DNA of 64,000 nucleotides from an uncultured delta proteobacterium (GTDB taxonomy: Bacteria; Myxococcota_A; Polyangia; Polyangiales; Polyangiaceae), in assembly GCA_963782055.1 (NCBI GenBank), contig CAWAIF010000003.1, positions 3,840,001 through 3,904,000 of the forward strand, read 5' to 3'. The position numbers were made by a program, and so were the translations under genes. Every line of letters starts with the position of its first letter. The stretch's first letter is position 1. A model generated the notes under the pieces. That model saw only the letters and a program-made list of their open reading frames with translations, was not told where the DNA came from and searched no databases. Positions 27,490-37,077 of the stretch are shown here, piece by piece.

Positions 27490-28968
27490 TTATCCCGGCT
27501 CGTCCTCGTACTCGCCTTCGGCGAGGTTGTCGAACCGAGTGTACTCGCGGTCGAAGCGCACCTTCACGGTCCCTGTCGGTCCGTTGCGCTGCTTGGCGAT
27601 GATCAGCTCGGCCACGTTGGGCTCCGTCGTCGCCTCGCGATTGTAGTACTCGTCGCGGTAGATGAAGACGATGTTGTCGGCGTCCTGCTCGATGGCGCCG
27701 GACTCGCGCAGGTCGCTGAGCTGCGGGCGCTTGCTCTTCTCCGAGCGCGTCTCGACGGCGCGATTGAGCTGGCTGAGGGCGACGACCGGCAGCCGCAGCT
27801 CCTTGGCCAGCCCCTTGAGCCCGCGGGAGATCTCGCTGATCTCCTGCTCGCGGGAGGCTGCCCCTTCCCTGCCCCGCATGAGCTGCAGGTAGTCCACCAC
27901 CACCAGGCCGATGCGGCGGGTGGGCTTGCCCTCCTCGTCGACGCGGTCGTACTCCGCCTGAAGGCGGCGCACCTTGGCGCGCAGCTCCAGGATGTTGAGC
28001 GAGGGGGTGTCGTCCACCCACACCGGGAGACTGCCGAGGTAGGAGGCGGCCTGGGTGAGGCGGCTCCAGTCCTGCTGGCTCAGGAAGCCTTGACGGAGCT
28101 TGCCCACGTCCACCTTGCCCTCCGAGCACACCATGCGGTTGGCGATCTGCTCGCGCGGCATCTCGAGGGAGAAGACGACCACGCCCACGCCCGGCTCGTC
28201 CCAGCGCTGCGATGGGTCGCTCGCGGCCACGCGCGACTTGGGGCTCGCCACGTTGGTGGCGACGTTGAGCACGAAGCTGGTCTTGCCCATGCCGGGGCGC
28301 GCGGCGACGATGGTGAGGTCACCGGGGTGGAGGCCGGCGGTGAGGCGGTCGTAGCGCTCGAAGCCACTGGGGGTGCCGGTGATACGGTCGCCGCGCTGCA
28401 TGGCGTCGGTGAGCGCCTTGAAGGACTTCTTCATCACGTCGAGGAGCTTCTCGACGCTGCTGCCCTCCGGCGTGCGCGCGATCTCGTAGACGCTCTGCTC
28501 CGCGGTATCGATGAAGGACTGCGCCTCGCCGTAATCCAGGTAGCCCTGCGCCGCGACGCGTTGACAGGTCGCGATGAGCTGCCGGACGCGCCACTTCTCG
28601 TGGATGGTGCGCCCGTACGAGGCGATGTTCGCGACCGCGGGGGCCGCGTTGAGGATGTCGGTCAGGTAGGCCATGCCGCCGACCTGCGCGATGCGGTCGC
28701 GGTTCTTCAGCCAGGTGCCCACCTGGATGATGTCCACCGGCTGGCCCACGCTCCGCAGCTCGATCGCCGCCTCGAAGATGCGGCGGTGCGCCTCCGAGTA
28801 GAAGTGCTCCGGCTTGAGGAACTCCAGGACCCTGTCGAGCGCAGAGGCGTCGAGGAGGATGGCGGAGAGCACGGCGGCCTCGGCGTCCAGGTCGTGCGGG
28901 GGGACGCGCCCCTCGACGATCGCCGGCTCGATCACAGCTTGCGCACGGTTGCCACGCATGTTTCCCAC
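27490..28968 (-). CDS. dnaB: Replicative DNA helicase DnaB
   Basis: PPHDLDAEAAVL, AARPGMGKT, FSLEM, DYLQL, LSQLNR, SDLRESGAIEQDAD and KQRNGPTG. Confidence 0.97.
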   Translation of the reverse strand: MGNMRGNRAQAVIEPAIVEGRVPPHDLDAEAAVLSAILLDASALDRVLEFLKPEHFYSEAHRRIFEAAIELRSVGQPVDIIQVGTWLKNRDRIAQVGGMAYLTDILNAAPAVANIASYGRTIHEKWRVRQLIATCQRVAAQGYLDYGEAQSFIDTAEQSVYEIARTPEGSSVEKLLDVMKKSFKALTDAMQRGDRITGTPSGFERYDRLTAGLHPGDLTIVAARPGMGKTSFVLNVATNVASPKSRVAASDPSQRWDEPGVGVVVFSLEMPREQIANRMVCSEGKVDVGKLRQGFLSQQDWSRLTQAASYLGSLPVWVDDTPSLNILELRAKVRRLQAEYDRVDEEGKPTRRIGLVVVDYLQLMRGREGAASREQEISEISRGLKGLAKELRLPVVALSQLNRAVETRSEKSKRPQLSDLRESGAIEQDADNIVFIYRDEYYNREATTEPNVAELIIAKQRNGPTGTVKVRFDREYTRFDNLAEGEYEDEPG

Positions 28969-29105
28969 AGGCCTCCCAAACGCCGACGCCCCGGCTGCTC
29001 GGCAGCCAGGGCGTCATCATCGTCCACGCGCCCTTCGGCGCGTCGGCCGGCCTCCGGCCGAACCTGAAGCGTGACGTTAGCGCGAACGAGCGCCGCGTTC
29101 CACGC

Positions 29106-29561
29106 CTACTTGCGGACGACCTCCACCTTGAGGGTGGCGGTCACGTCGTGCATCAGCTTGACCGGCACCTCGTAGGAGCCGAGCGCGCGGATCGGCTCGG
29201 CCAGGTGCATCTTCTTGCGGTCGACGTCGAGGCCGTGCGCCTTGACCGCCGCATGGATCTCCTTGGTCGTGACCGAGCCGAAGAGCTTGTCGTCCTCACC
29301 CACCTTGTGGGCGAGGGTGACGGTGAAGCCCTCGAGCTTCTTGGCGAGCTCGAGCGACTCCTTCTTCAGCTTCTCCGCGCGCGCCAGCGCGACGGCCTTC
29401 TCGTGCGCGATGCGGTGCATCTGGGCGGTGGTCGCCGGGACGGCGAGGGCTCGCGGCAACAGGTAGTTGCGCGCGTAGCCCGGCCGGACCTTCACCAGGT
29501 CGCCCGACTTGCCGACGTTCTCGACGTCGTGCTGGAGGATGACTTGAATCGTGGCGGGCAT
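29106..29561 (-). CDS. rplI: 50S ribosomal protein L9
   Basis: VRPGYARNYLLP and KLFGSVT. Confidence 0.97.
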   Translation of the reverse strand: MPATIQVILQHDVENVGKSGDLVKVRPGYARNYLLPRALAVPATTAQMHRIAHEKAVALARAEKLKKESLELAKKLEGFTVTLAHKVGEDDKLFGSVTTKEIHAAVKAHGLDVDRKKMHLAEPIRALGSYEVPVKLMHDVTATLKVEVVRK

Positions 29562-29572
29562 GGCTCAGCTCC

Positions 29573-29872
29573 TCAGGCCGTGACGGTGAAGGGCAAGAGC
29601 GCGATGTTGCGGGCGCGCTTGATCGCCTTGGTGACCTTGCGCTGGTGCAGCGCGCAGTTGCCGCTGATGCGGCGGGGAACGACCTTGCCGCGCTCGGAGA
29701 TGAAGTACTTGAGCGCCTGCGGGTCCTTGTAGTCGATCTCCGCGGTCTTCTCCGCGCAGAACTTGCAAACACGCTTCTTGCCCGTGCGGCGGCGGCCGGG
29801 GGCGTCGGCGTTGAGGTCCGGCGTGCGGCCGAACTCCTTGTCGTCATCCATCATCGAGGATCGGTTGGACAT
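29573..29872 (-). CDS. rpsR: 30S ribosomal protein S18 (zinc-binding C+ type)
   Basis: [30 protein letters not shown] and [13 protein letters not shown]. Confidence 0.97.
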   Translation of the reverse strand: MSNRSSMMDDDKEFGRTPDLNADAPGRRRTGKKRVCKFCAEKTAEIDYKDPQALKYFISERGKVVPRRISGNCALHQRKVTKAIKRARNIALLPFTVTA

Positions 29873-29875
29873 GGC

Positions 29876-30574
29876 TCAGCCCTCCCCTTCTTTCTTGCCG
29901 GCGGCTTCCTTCGGCGCGGCGGCCTCCTTCGGCGCGGCGGCCTCCTTCGGCGCGGCGGCCTCCTTCGGCGCGGCGGCCTCCTTCGGCGCGGCGGCCTCCT
30001 TCGGCGCGGCGGCCTCCTTCGGCGCGGCGGCCTCCTTCGGCGCGGCGGCCTCCTTCGGCGCGGCGGCCTCCTCGCCACCCGAGGCGGCGGCGGCGGGGGC
30101 GGGCTCGTGCTCCGGCTCCTCGCCGCGGCGGGAACGCGGGGACTCCATCGCCTCGAGGCCGAGCTGGCGCTCGCGCGACTCCTCCCTGTCCTCCTCCGCG
30201 GGCAGGTCCAGCTTCTGGAACTTGATCTCCTCCGGGTCGACGGTGACGGAGGCGACGTCGATCTGCTCGCCGACCATGACGGTCTGGAACTTCAGCACGG
30301 CGTCCTGGAGCTTCAGGTTGCGCTCCAGCTCCTGCACCAGGCCGCCCACGCCCACGTACTTGACGTAGACGTAGACGCCGCGCTTCTGCTTGGCGACCGG
30401 GTAGGCCAGCTTGCGGCGGCCCCAGGCCTCCACCTTGACCAGCTTGCCCTCGGCCCTCTCGACCACCTCACCCACGCGACCCTGCACCTTCTCGGCGGTG
30501 TCGGAGTCGATATCGGAGCGGAGGATGTAGATGGTCTCGTACTCCTTCGCCCTCAGCGCTTGCGTCGTACCCAT
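29876..30574 (-). CDS. rpsF: 30S ribosomal protein S6 with a long acidic/repetitive C-terminal extension
   Basis: YETIYIL, WGRRKLAYPV and ELERNLKL. SD-like GAGGAG upstream of ATG 30574. Confidence 0.95.
   Translation of the reverse strand: MGTTQALRAKEYETIYILRSDIDSDTAEKVQGRVGEVVERAEGKLVKVEAWGRRKLAYPVAKQKRGVYVYVKYVGVGGLVQELERNLKLQDAVLKFQTVMVGEQIDVASVTVDPEEIKFQKLDLPAEEDREESRERQLGLEAMESPRSRRGEEPEHEPAPAAAASGGEEAAAPKEAAAPKEAAAPKEAAAPKEAAAPKEAAAPKEAAAPKEAAAPKEAAAPKEAAGKKEGEG
29909..30070. repeat. Nine perfect tandem copies of the 18-mer CTTCGGCGCGGCGGCCTC (EAAAPK in RpsF)
   Basis: Counted directly in the sequence; no spacers between copies. Confidence 0.95.
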
Positions 30575-30582
30575 GCGATGTT

Positions 30583-30650
30583 CTCCTCGTGGACACCGGC
30601 CCGCCCGGGGCGGACCGTCGGCCCGCGGACGGGGTCCGCGAGCAAGGATC
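30583..30650 (-). promoter_or_regulatory. Probable S6:S18 autoregulatory leader of rpsF
   Basis: Minus strand reads TCCTTGCTC, hairpin CGCGGAC/GTCCGCG, GGCCG (CCR motif), second hairpin, CACGAGGAG. The 5' TCCTTG can pair with the SD. Confidence 0.65.
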
Positions 30651-30723
30651 CCGCCAGAAAAGGCGGGGGCCGGCCTTTTAGCACAAAGGCGGGCGCGCAC
30701 AACCCCGAGTCGCAGCTCGCGGC

Positions 30724-31320
30724 TCAGGTTCCCCGGCCGGGCCTGCAGCTCGGCCCCGCGTTGACCACGTTCATGGCGGCGGCCGCCCCGTCGCGGACGA
30801 GGCGCTCCAGCGCGGTGAGGACGCGTGCCAGCACGTCGGGCAGCTCCGCCCGCTCGGAGGCGTCGAAGTTGGAGAGCACGTAGTCGGCCACGTCGCCGCG
30901 GAAACCGGGGGGCGGCCGGCCGATGCCCACCCGCACACGCAGGAAGTCCGGCGTCCCCAGACGCTCGATGATGCTCCTCAGCCCGTTGTGGCCCGCGTGG
31001 CCGCCGCCCTGCTTCAGCCGGATGTCCCCGAAGGCGAGGTCCAGCTCGTCGTGGACCACCACCACGCGCGCCGGCGGCACCTTCACGAAAGCGGCCGCGG
31101 GCTGCACCGAGTCCCCCGAGACGTTCATGAACGTCATGGGCTTGAGCAGGACGATGTCGTCCCCGAAGGACGTACCCCGGGTGAAGACGCCGGAGAACTT
31201 CTCGCGCCAGTCGGGCAGGCTCGCCTCCTCGCGGAGGCGGTCGGCGGTCATGAAGCCGACGTTGTGACGGTTGCCCGAGTACTTCTTTCCCGGGTTCCCG
31301 AGCCCGACGACGAGATGCAC
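30724..31320 (-). CDS. pth: Peptidyl-tRNA hydrolase
   Basis: GLGNPG, RHNVGF, KPMTFMNVSG, HDELDL and GHNGLRSI. Confidence 0.97.
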   Translation of the reverse strand: MHLVVGLGNPGKKYSGNRHNVGFMTADRLREEASLPDWREKFSGVFTRGTSFGDDIVLLKPMTFMNVSGDSVQPAAAFVKVPPARVVVVHDELDLAFGDIRLKQGGGHAGHNGLRSIIERLGTPDFLRVRVGIGRPPPGFRGDVADYVLSNFDASERAELPDVLARVLTALERLVRDGAAAAMNVVNAGPSCRPGRGT

Positions 31321-31326
31321 CGCAGG

Positions 31327-31998
31327 CTACTTCTTCTTCTTTTCGTCCTTCGCCGGGGCGGCGGGCGCCGCGGCGGGGGCGGCACCAGCCGCGGGGGCGG
31401 CGCCAGCAACAGGCGCGGCCTCGGTGGTCTCCGCCTTCTCCTTCTCCGGCGCGACGACGGCGACGAGCGTCTGCTCGTCTGCGAGGCGAACGGTCACGCC
31501 CTCGTCCAGCTTCAGCTCCTGGGTGGCGACGTGCTCGCCCAGGTTGAGGTGGCTGACGTCGACCTCGATCTTCAGCGGGATGCGCTCCGGCAGGCAGCGC
31601 ACGGGCAGCGTGCGGTAGACCTGGCGCAGGACGCCGCCGAGGGTCACGCCCGCGGGCTTGCCCGTGGTCACGAGCGGCACTTCCACGTCCACCGCCTGGT
31701 CGAGCTTCACCTCGACGAAGTCGACGTGCTGCAGGTGCCTGTCCAGCGGGTGGTACGAGTAGTCCCTGATCATGACGACCAGGTCCTTCGCGTCCACCTT
31801 CATCTGGATGACGGTGTTCTGGCCGCGCTCGCTGTGGAGGATGCCGAGCACGTCCTTCGGGGCGATGGAGATGGGGATGGCGGGGAGGGTCTTGCCGTAC
31901 GCGACGGCGGGGACTTGACCGGTCTTGCGAAGGCGCTTCGCCTCGCCCTTGCCGCCGGTGACGCGGGGGGTGGCCTGGAGGGGAGTCATCGTGGACAT
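31327..31998 (-). CDS. rplY: 50S ribosomal protein L25/Ctc
   Basis: RLRKTGQVPAVAYG, HVDF and the Ctc C-terminal domain. Conserved prs-rplY-pth gene order. Confidence 0.95.
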   Translation of the reverse strand: MSTMTPLQATPRVTGGKGEAKRLRKTGQVPAVAYGKTLPAIPISIAPKDVLGILHSERGQNTVIQMKVDAKDLVVMIRDYSYHPLDRHLQHVDFVEVKLDQAVDVEVPLVTTGKPAGVTLGGVLRQVYRTLPVRCLPERIPLKIEVDVSHLNLGEHVATQELKLDEGVTVRLADEQTLVAVVAPEKEKAETTEAAPVAGAAPAAGAAPAAAPAAPAKDEKKKK

Positions 31999-32079
31999 GG
32001 GATTCTCCGGACGCGCGGCAAAACCCGGCGCGGGGGCGGTGCTAGTAGCAGAGAATTCGCCGCCGGGCGAGGGCTTTTG

Positions 32080-33024
32080 TCAGGCGAACAGGGAGCTGAC
32101 GGAGTCGCTGGAGTGGATGCGCTTGATCGCCTCGCCCAGGAGGCGGGCGATGGAGACCTGCTTGATCTTGGGGCAGGCGGCGGCCCCGGCGCTGAGGGGG
32201 ATGGTGTCGGTCACCACCACCTCGGTCAGGGGGGACTCGTTGATGCGGTCGATGGCGGGCCCGGAGAAGACCCCGTGGGTGGCGGCGGCGACCACCTTCG
32301 TCGCGCCCTCCTCCACCAGGGCCTTGGCCGCGCCGACCAGGGTGCCCGCGGTGTCGATCATGTCGTCCAGGATGACGCAGGGGCGCCCCTTCACGTCGCC
32401 GATGAGGTTCATCACCTCGCTGACGTTCGCGCGCTCGCGGCGCTTGTCGATGATGGCCAGGCTCGCGTCCAGGCGCTTGGAGTAGGCGCGCGCGCGCTCC
32501 ACGCCGCCGGCGTCCGGCGAGACGAAGACCGCCGAGGAGTCGAAGTTCTTCTTCAGGTAGTCCTCCAGCATCACCGGCATCGCGTAGAGGTGGTCGAAGG
32601 GGATGTTGAAGAAGCCCTGGATCTGCCCGGCGTGAAGGTCCATCGAGACCACGCGGGTGATGCCGGTGGCCTGGATCAGGTCCGCCACCAGCTTGCTGGT
32701 GATCGGCGTGCGGGGAGCGACCTTGCGGTCCTGCCGGGCGTAGCCGTAGTACGGCACCACCGCGGTGATGGAGCCGGCCGACGCGCGGCGGAGCGCGTCG
32801 CACATGATCAGGAGCTCCATCACGTTGTCGTTGACGGGGCTGCACGTCGGCTGGATGACGAAGGCGTCGACGCCGCGGACGTTCTCGTTGATCTCGACGA
32901 AGGACTCGCCGTCGGAGAATCGCATCGTCTTGCTCTTGGCGAGCGGCGTCTCCAGGTAGTTCGCGATCGCCTCCGCCAACGCGGGGTTGGCGTTGCCCGA
33001 GAAGATGCAGACTTTCTTGAACAC
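32080..33024 (-). CDS. prs: Ribose-phosphate pyrophosphokinase
   Basis: [37 protein letters not shown] and DDMIDTAGT. Confidence 0.98.
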   Translation of the reverse strand: MFKKVCIFSGNANPALAEAIANYLETPLAKSKTMRFSDGESFVEINENVRGVDAFVIQPTCSPVNDNVMELLIMCDALRRASAGSITAVVPYYGYARQDRKVAPRTPITSKLVADLIQATGITRVVSMDLHAGQIQGFFNIPFDHLYAMPVMLEDYLKKNFDSSAVFVSPDAGGVERARAYSKRLDASLAIIDKRRERANVSEVMNLIGDVKGRPCVILDDMIDTAGTLVGAAKALVEEGATKVVAAATHGVFSGPAIDRINESPLTEVVVTDTIPLSAGAAACPKIKQVSIARLLGEAIKRIHSSDSVSSLFA

Positions 33025-33101
33025 GGGTACTCCTTCGCCCGGCCCGAGCGGCGGCGGCGGGCCCCGGAGGGTCGCGCGCGTCGGGGTACCGTTCGCGCGG
33101 G

Positions 33102-33130
33102 TCTGTACCCGTGCGAACGCGTCGTGTCAA
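33102..33130 (-). promoter_or_regulatory. sigma70-type promoter of prs
   Basis: Minus strand: TTGACA (33130-33125), 17-nt spacer, TACAGA (33107-33102). Confidence 0.6.
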
Positions 33131-33161
33131 CGGAGGGCCGGACGTGTGACGCGAGGGCGGG

Positions 33162-34508
33162 CTACTGCCGGAGCATCTCCTTGCACTCCTGCTTGGAGCC
33201 GTGGCGCCCCTTGGTGAGGCACGAGCTGTAGCAGCGGCGCGCCTGCACCATGTTGCCCTTGGCCTGGTAGGCCGCGCCCAGGATGAGCCACGCCTCGGCG
33301 TCGGTCGGGTCGAGGGCGACCGACCGCTCGCCCGCGGCGATCGCCATGCCGTTGGCGCCCGCCTCCAGCGCGGCCTTCGCCGTCGCCTTCTCCTGCCAGG
33401 CGTTCTTCGCGGGCTTCGGCTTGGCGGCGGACGCGGCGGGAGCCTCGTCGGTCTTGGCCTCGTCGGTCTTGGCCTCGTCGGTCTTGGCCTCGTCGGTCTT
33501 GGCCTCGTCCGTCTTGGCCTCGTCGGTCTTGGCCTGATCGGCGGGGGTCGGAACCTCGTCCGACTTCTTGGCAGCAGGCGGCGTGACCGGAGGCGGCGCA
33601 GGGTCTGCCGCGTGGACGATCTGGGCGCGGACGGGCTCCTCGTTCGGGCGGCCACGCACCGACCTGATGACGATGCCGATGAGCAGCAGCAGCGCGCAAG
33701 CGCCGACCGCCATCATCACGTAGCGCGAGAGGTGCGCGCGACGCGCGTGCGCCTCCGGGGTCATCTTGCGCGCCTCGCGCGAGTGCGGGACCGCGTCGAA
33801 CGCGCCGCTCGTCCCGGAGCCCGACACGCGATCGGCCGGATCCGGCGGCAGCTCGCCGCTGGAGAAGAAGTGGTCCTCCAGCTCCACCACGGGCGGGATG
33901 CTCTCTTCTTCCAGACCCGGATCGCTGCCGAACCCCTTGCGGGCCGCGCGCTCCGCCTCCTTGTGCCGCTCCTCCAGCTTCGCCTCGAGCTGCTCCAGCT
34001 TGGCGCTGATCGCCGGCGGAGCGCCGGAGCCCTTGCCCTCGCGCACCGTGGCCGGAAGGGTGCTGACGCGCTCGCTCTTCTTCTTCGCCTTCTTCTTCTT
34101 CTTCGCCGAAGGCGCCTTGGACGAGGGCGCGCTCGCGCTCGCCGGCACGGCCGCGGCGGAAGGCACGCTGGAGTCAGGAGCCGACGCGGACGCCGGCGCA
34201 GCCTTCGACGGCGGGGCTGCCGCCTGCGCGGGCTCCGTCTCCGCCTTCGTCGACGCGGGCGCGGCCTCGACCGGCGCCGCGTCGACCATCTGGATCTTGG
34301 CGGGCGCGATCTCGGCGCTCGCCGGCGCGCTCTCGACGGTCGCGGATGCGACCTCGGAGGACGCGGGCGCGACGGACGCGGGCTCCGTCACCGAGGTGAC
34401 GGCGGACTCGGGGGCGAGCTCGGACGACGAGGGGGGCGACTCGCTCGCCGGCGCGCCGGCCGCGGCGGCCGCGGCCCTGGAGTGCTTGCCCTTGCGCTTC
34501 TTCTTCAT
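33162..34508 (-). CDS. Single-pass membrane protein with a disordered A/S/P/K-rich N-terminus, AKTDE repeats and a C-terminal TPR
   Basis: TM YVMMAVGACALLLLIGIVI and TPR DPTDAEAWLILGAAYQAKG. Confidence 0.75.
   Translation of the reverse strand: MKKKRKGKHSRAAAAAAGAPASESPPSSSELAPESAVTSVTEPASVAPASSEVASATVESAPASAEIAPAKIQMVDAAPVEAAPASTKAETEPAQAAAPPSKAAPASASAPDSSVPSAAAVPASASAPSSKAPSAKKKKKAKKKSERVSTLPATVREGKGSGAPPAISAKLEQLEAKLEERHKEAERAARKGFGSDPGLEEESIPPVVELEDHFFSSGELPPDPADRVSGSGTSGAFDAVPHSREARKMTPEAHARRAHLSRYVMMAVGACALLLLIGIVIRSVRGRPNEEPVRAQIVHAADPAPPPVTPPAAKKSDEVPTPADQAKTDEAKTDEAKTDEAKTDEAKTDEAKTDEAPAASAAKPKPAKNAWQEKATAKAALEAGANGMAIAAGERSVALDPTDAEAWLILGAAYQAKGNMVQARRCYSSCLTKGRHGSKQECKEMLRQ
33442..33531. 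repeat. Six tandem copies of the 15-mer GCCTCGTCGGTCTTG (AKTDE), one with a mismatch
   Basis: Counted directly in the sequence. Confidence 0.92.
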
Positions 34509-34837
34509 GTGCCCTTTGCTCTCTCCGAGCGGTGCCCCGCTCTCCCTCTCATGACCGGCGACCGCCAGAACTGTTCGACGGAACGCGCGGCCGGTGTCCT
34601 GTCACCGAACGTGAAGCAAGGGCCGTGCAAGCCACGAAGCGACATGATTTTGAGGCGTCGCCACCACCTACGTCAAGCCTCGCACGACAAGCTGATCACC
34701 TTGGGAGACAGCATGCGCCATCCTGGCACAGGCCCCTACGTGAAGTCGTCTCCCGGGCGTCCAGCCTTGCATACGTCACGTTCGGCGCCAGACCTTCGTG
34801 TGGAGACAAACTCCTACACGGTGGGACAGGATTGCGC

Positions 34838-36007
34838 TTGAAGGATCTCCCGTCGGTCCGTGTGAAGCGCGCGGCGAGCGGGCCGCTCCGGCGGGGCCAT
34901 CCGTGGCTCTGGCGCGAGCAGGCGGAGTCCCTCCGCGGCATCGGCGAGGGGGACGAGGTGCGGGTGATGGACGGCGCGGAGGTGATGGGGCGCGGCCTGG
35001 CCTCGCCGTCGTCACCCATCGCCGTGCGCATGTGGACGCACGGCGACAGGCCGGTCGACGACGCGCTGCTGGACGAGCGCCTCGGCCGCGCGATGGCCTT
35101 GCGCGACGCGCTCTTCGACGGCGGGGAGACCAACGCGTACCGGCTGGTGCACGGCGAGGGGGACCGGCTGCCGGGGTTCGTCGTGGATTGCTACGCCGAC
35201 GTCGCGGTGCTGCGGACCGACGGCGAAGGCGCGCGCGCGCGACTGGACTGGATGGCGACGGCGCTCCGCCGCGCGCTCCGCGGCCGCGTCCGGACGCTGG
35301 TGCACCGCACGGTGGAGCGCGGCGCGGCGCCGGCGGCGCACCTGCTGGACGGCCCGCCGCCGCCCGACGTCATCGAGGTGCGCGAGCACGGCGTGCCCTT
35401 CGTGGTGGACCTGGCGCGCGGGCAGAAGACGGGCGCGTTCTTGGACCAGCGGGAGAACCGCCGGCGCGTGGGTTCGATGGCGCGCGGCAAGCGCGTGCTC
35501 AACCTCTTCTCCTACGCCGGAGGCTTCTCGCTCCACGCCGCGCGCGGCGGCGCGACGCACGTGACGAGCGTGGACGTCGCCGCGGCGGCGCACGCGACGG
35601 CGCAGGAGAGCTTCCGGCGCGCGGGGCTCGACCCCTCCCGCCACGCCTTCGTCTCCGCCGACGCCTTCGCCTTCCTGGAGGACGCGGCGCGGCGCCGGGA
35701 GGCGTGGGATCTGGTGGTGAGCGACCCGCCGAGCTTCGCGCCCAGCGAGAAGGCGCGCGCCCGGGCGCTGGCGTCCTACCGGCGCCTGCACCGCCTCGCC
35801 GCGGGTGTGCTCGCGCCGGGTGGCACGCTGTGCGCGGCGTCGTGCTCCAGCCACGTCGACGCCTCGGCCTTCGCCTCCACCCTCGACGACGACGCGCTGG
35901 GACGCGGCGATCTCCGGCTGGTCGCGCTATACGGTCCTCCGCCCGATCACCCCACGCTCCCGGCCTGGCCGGAGGGTCGCTACCTCAAGTTTGCGGTGCT
36001 CACGTGA
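34838..36007 (+). CDS. Class I SAM-dependent rRNA methyltransferase (RlmI family)
   Basis: GHPWLW PUA start, YRLVHGEGDRLPG, GQKTGAFLDQRENR, VLNLFSYAGGF, DPPSFA and YLK. Start placed at TTG 34838, uncertain. Confidence 0.9.
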   Translation: MKDLPSVRVKRAASGPLRRGHPWLWREQAESLRGIGEGDEVRVMDGAEVMGRGLASPSSPIAVRMWTHGDRPVDDALLDERLGRAMALRDALFDGGETNAYRLVHGEGDRLPGFVVDCYADVAVLRTDGEGARARLDWMATALRRALRGRVRTLVHRTVERGAAPAAHLLDGPPPPDVIEVREHGVPFVVDLARGQKTGAFLDQRENRRRVGSMARGKRVLNLFSYAGGFSLHAARGGATHVTSVDVAAAAHATAQESFRRAGLDPSRHAFVSADAFAFLEDAARRREAWDLVVSDPPSFAPSEKARARALASYRRLHRLAAGVLAPGGTLCAASCSSHVDASAFASTLDDDALGRGDLRLVALYGPPPDHPTLPAWPEGRYLKFAVLT

Positions 36008-36978
36008 CGCTCGAAGAATCCTACGAACTCGTCGATAATCACGCCGGTTTTCGGCTTTCTCTCAAGCGCATCTCGGCGGGGACGGCCGCGCCGGGCACGC
36101 GGCCCGTGCTGCTCGTCCCCGGCTACGGGATGAACGCCTTCGTCTTCGGCTTTCACCCCAGCGAGTCGTCGCTGGAGGCCACGCTGGCGCGCGAGGGACT
36201 CGAGGTGTGGAGCGCCGAGCTGCGCGGGCAGGGTCGCTCCCAGCGCGAGGGTGGCAGCGAGACCTTCGGCCTCTCCGAGCTGGCGCTGGACGACGTGCCG
36301 CCGATCGTGGAGCGGGTGCTCGAGCGCAGCGCGACCGGCGCGTCGCGCGTCGACCTCATCGGCTGCAGCCTGGGGACCGCGCTGTCCTTCGGCTACCTCG
36401 CGCACAACCCGAAGGCGCCCGTGCACGCGGTCGTGGCGTTCGGCGGCCTGGTGACGTGGGTGGACGTGCACCCGCTGCTGCGCGTCGCCTTCGCCTCGCC
36501 GGCGCTCGTCGGGCGCGTGCGGCTGAAGAACACCCGCGCCATCGCCCGCGTGGCGCTCCCCGCGCTCGCGAAGATCGCGCCCCCGCTGCTCTCCATCTAC
36601 ATCAACGCGCGCTCGACGGATCTCTCCCGCGCCGATGAGATGGTGGAGACCGTGGAGGACATCCAGCCGCGGGTGAACGAGGACATCGCCCACTGGATCC
36701 GCCGCAAGGAGCTGGTGCTCCGCGGGGTGAACGTCTCGCGCGCGCTCTCCGAGATGCGCCACCCCCTGCTCTGCGTCGTGGCGAAGGACGACGGCATCGT
36801 GCCGGAGGCGACGGCCCGGGACGTGTTCACCTCCATCGGCTCCGAGGACAAGGAGCTGCTGGTCGTCGGCGGCGGGGACCGGCCCATCGCCCACGCCGAC
36901 CTGTTCCTCTCACGCGGGGCGGAGGCGTCGATCTTCCGGCCTGTCGCCCGCTTCCTGCGCGCCCGCAAGGGTCCGTAG
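36004..36978 (+). CDS. Alpha/beta hydrolase (PHA synthase/lipase-like)
   Basis: PVLLVPGYG, ELRGQGRS, GCSLG nucleophile elbow, DDGIVP and AHADL. GTG overlaps the upstream stop. Confidence 0.85.
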   Translation: MTLEESYELVDNHAGFRLSLKRISAGTAAPGTRPVLLVPGYGMNAFVFGFHPSESSLEATLAREGLEVWSAELRGQGRSQREGGSETFGLSELALDDVPPIVERVLERSATGASRVDLIGCSLGTALSFGYLAHNPKAPVHAVVAFGGLVTWVDVHPLLRVAFASPALVGRVRLKNTRAIARVALPALAKIAPPLLSIYINARSTDLSRADEMVETVEDIQPRVNEDIAHWIRRKELVLRGVNVSRALSEMRHPLLCVVAKDDGIVPEATARDVFTSIGSEDKELLVVGGGDRPIAHADLFLSRGAEASIFRPVARFLRARKGP

Positions 36979-37077
36979 ATCCTTTCCGGCGCTGGCCCGT
37001 CCGAAGGGGCACGCGCCGGTTCGAAGCCGGCCGAGATCGGGCGCGCGGCGCGCCCGGCGCGAAGGGAGACGTGTGTC

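Noticed and set aside
28190..28250. Insertion in DnaB after the Walker A motif as a possible intein
   Set aside because: Only about 15 extra residues and no intein terminal motifs.
29909..30070. 18-nt repeat array as a possible CRISPR
   Set aside because: Head-to-tail repeats with no spacers, in frame within rpsF, and no cas genes in the window.
33442..33531. 15-nt repeat array as a possible CRISPR or iteron set
   Set aside because: In-frame coding tandem repeat with no spacers.
34510..34835. Lower-GC intergenic region as a possible ncRNA or tRNA-Gln (often found near prs)
   Set aside because: No cloverleaf or recognisable riboswitch; it is explained as a divergent promoter region.
36985..37060. 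GGTTCGAAGCC T-loop-like hairpin as a possible tRNA
   Set aside because: I could not build an acceptor stem, D arm or anticodon arm around it.
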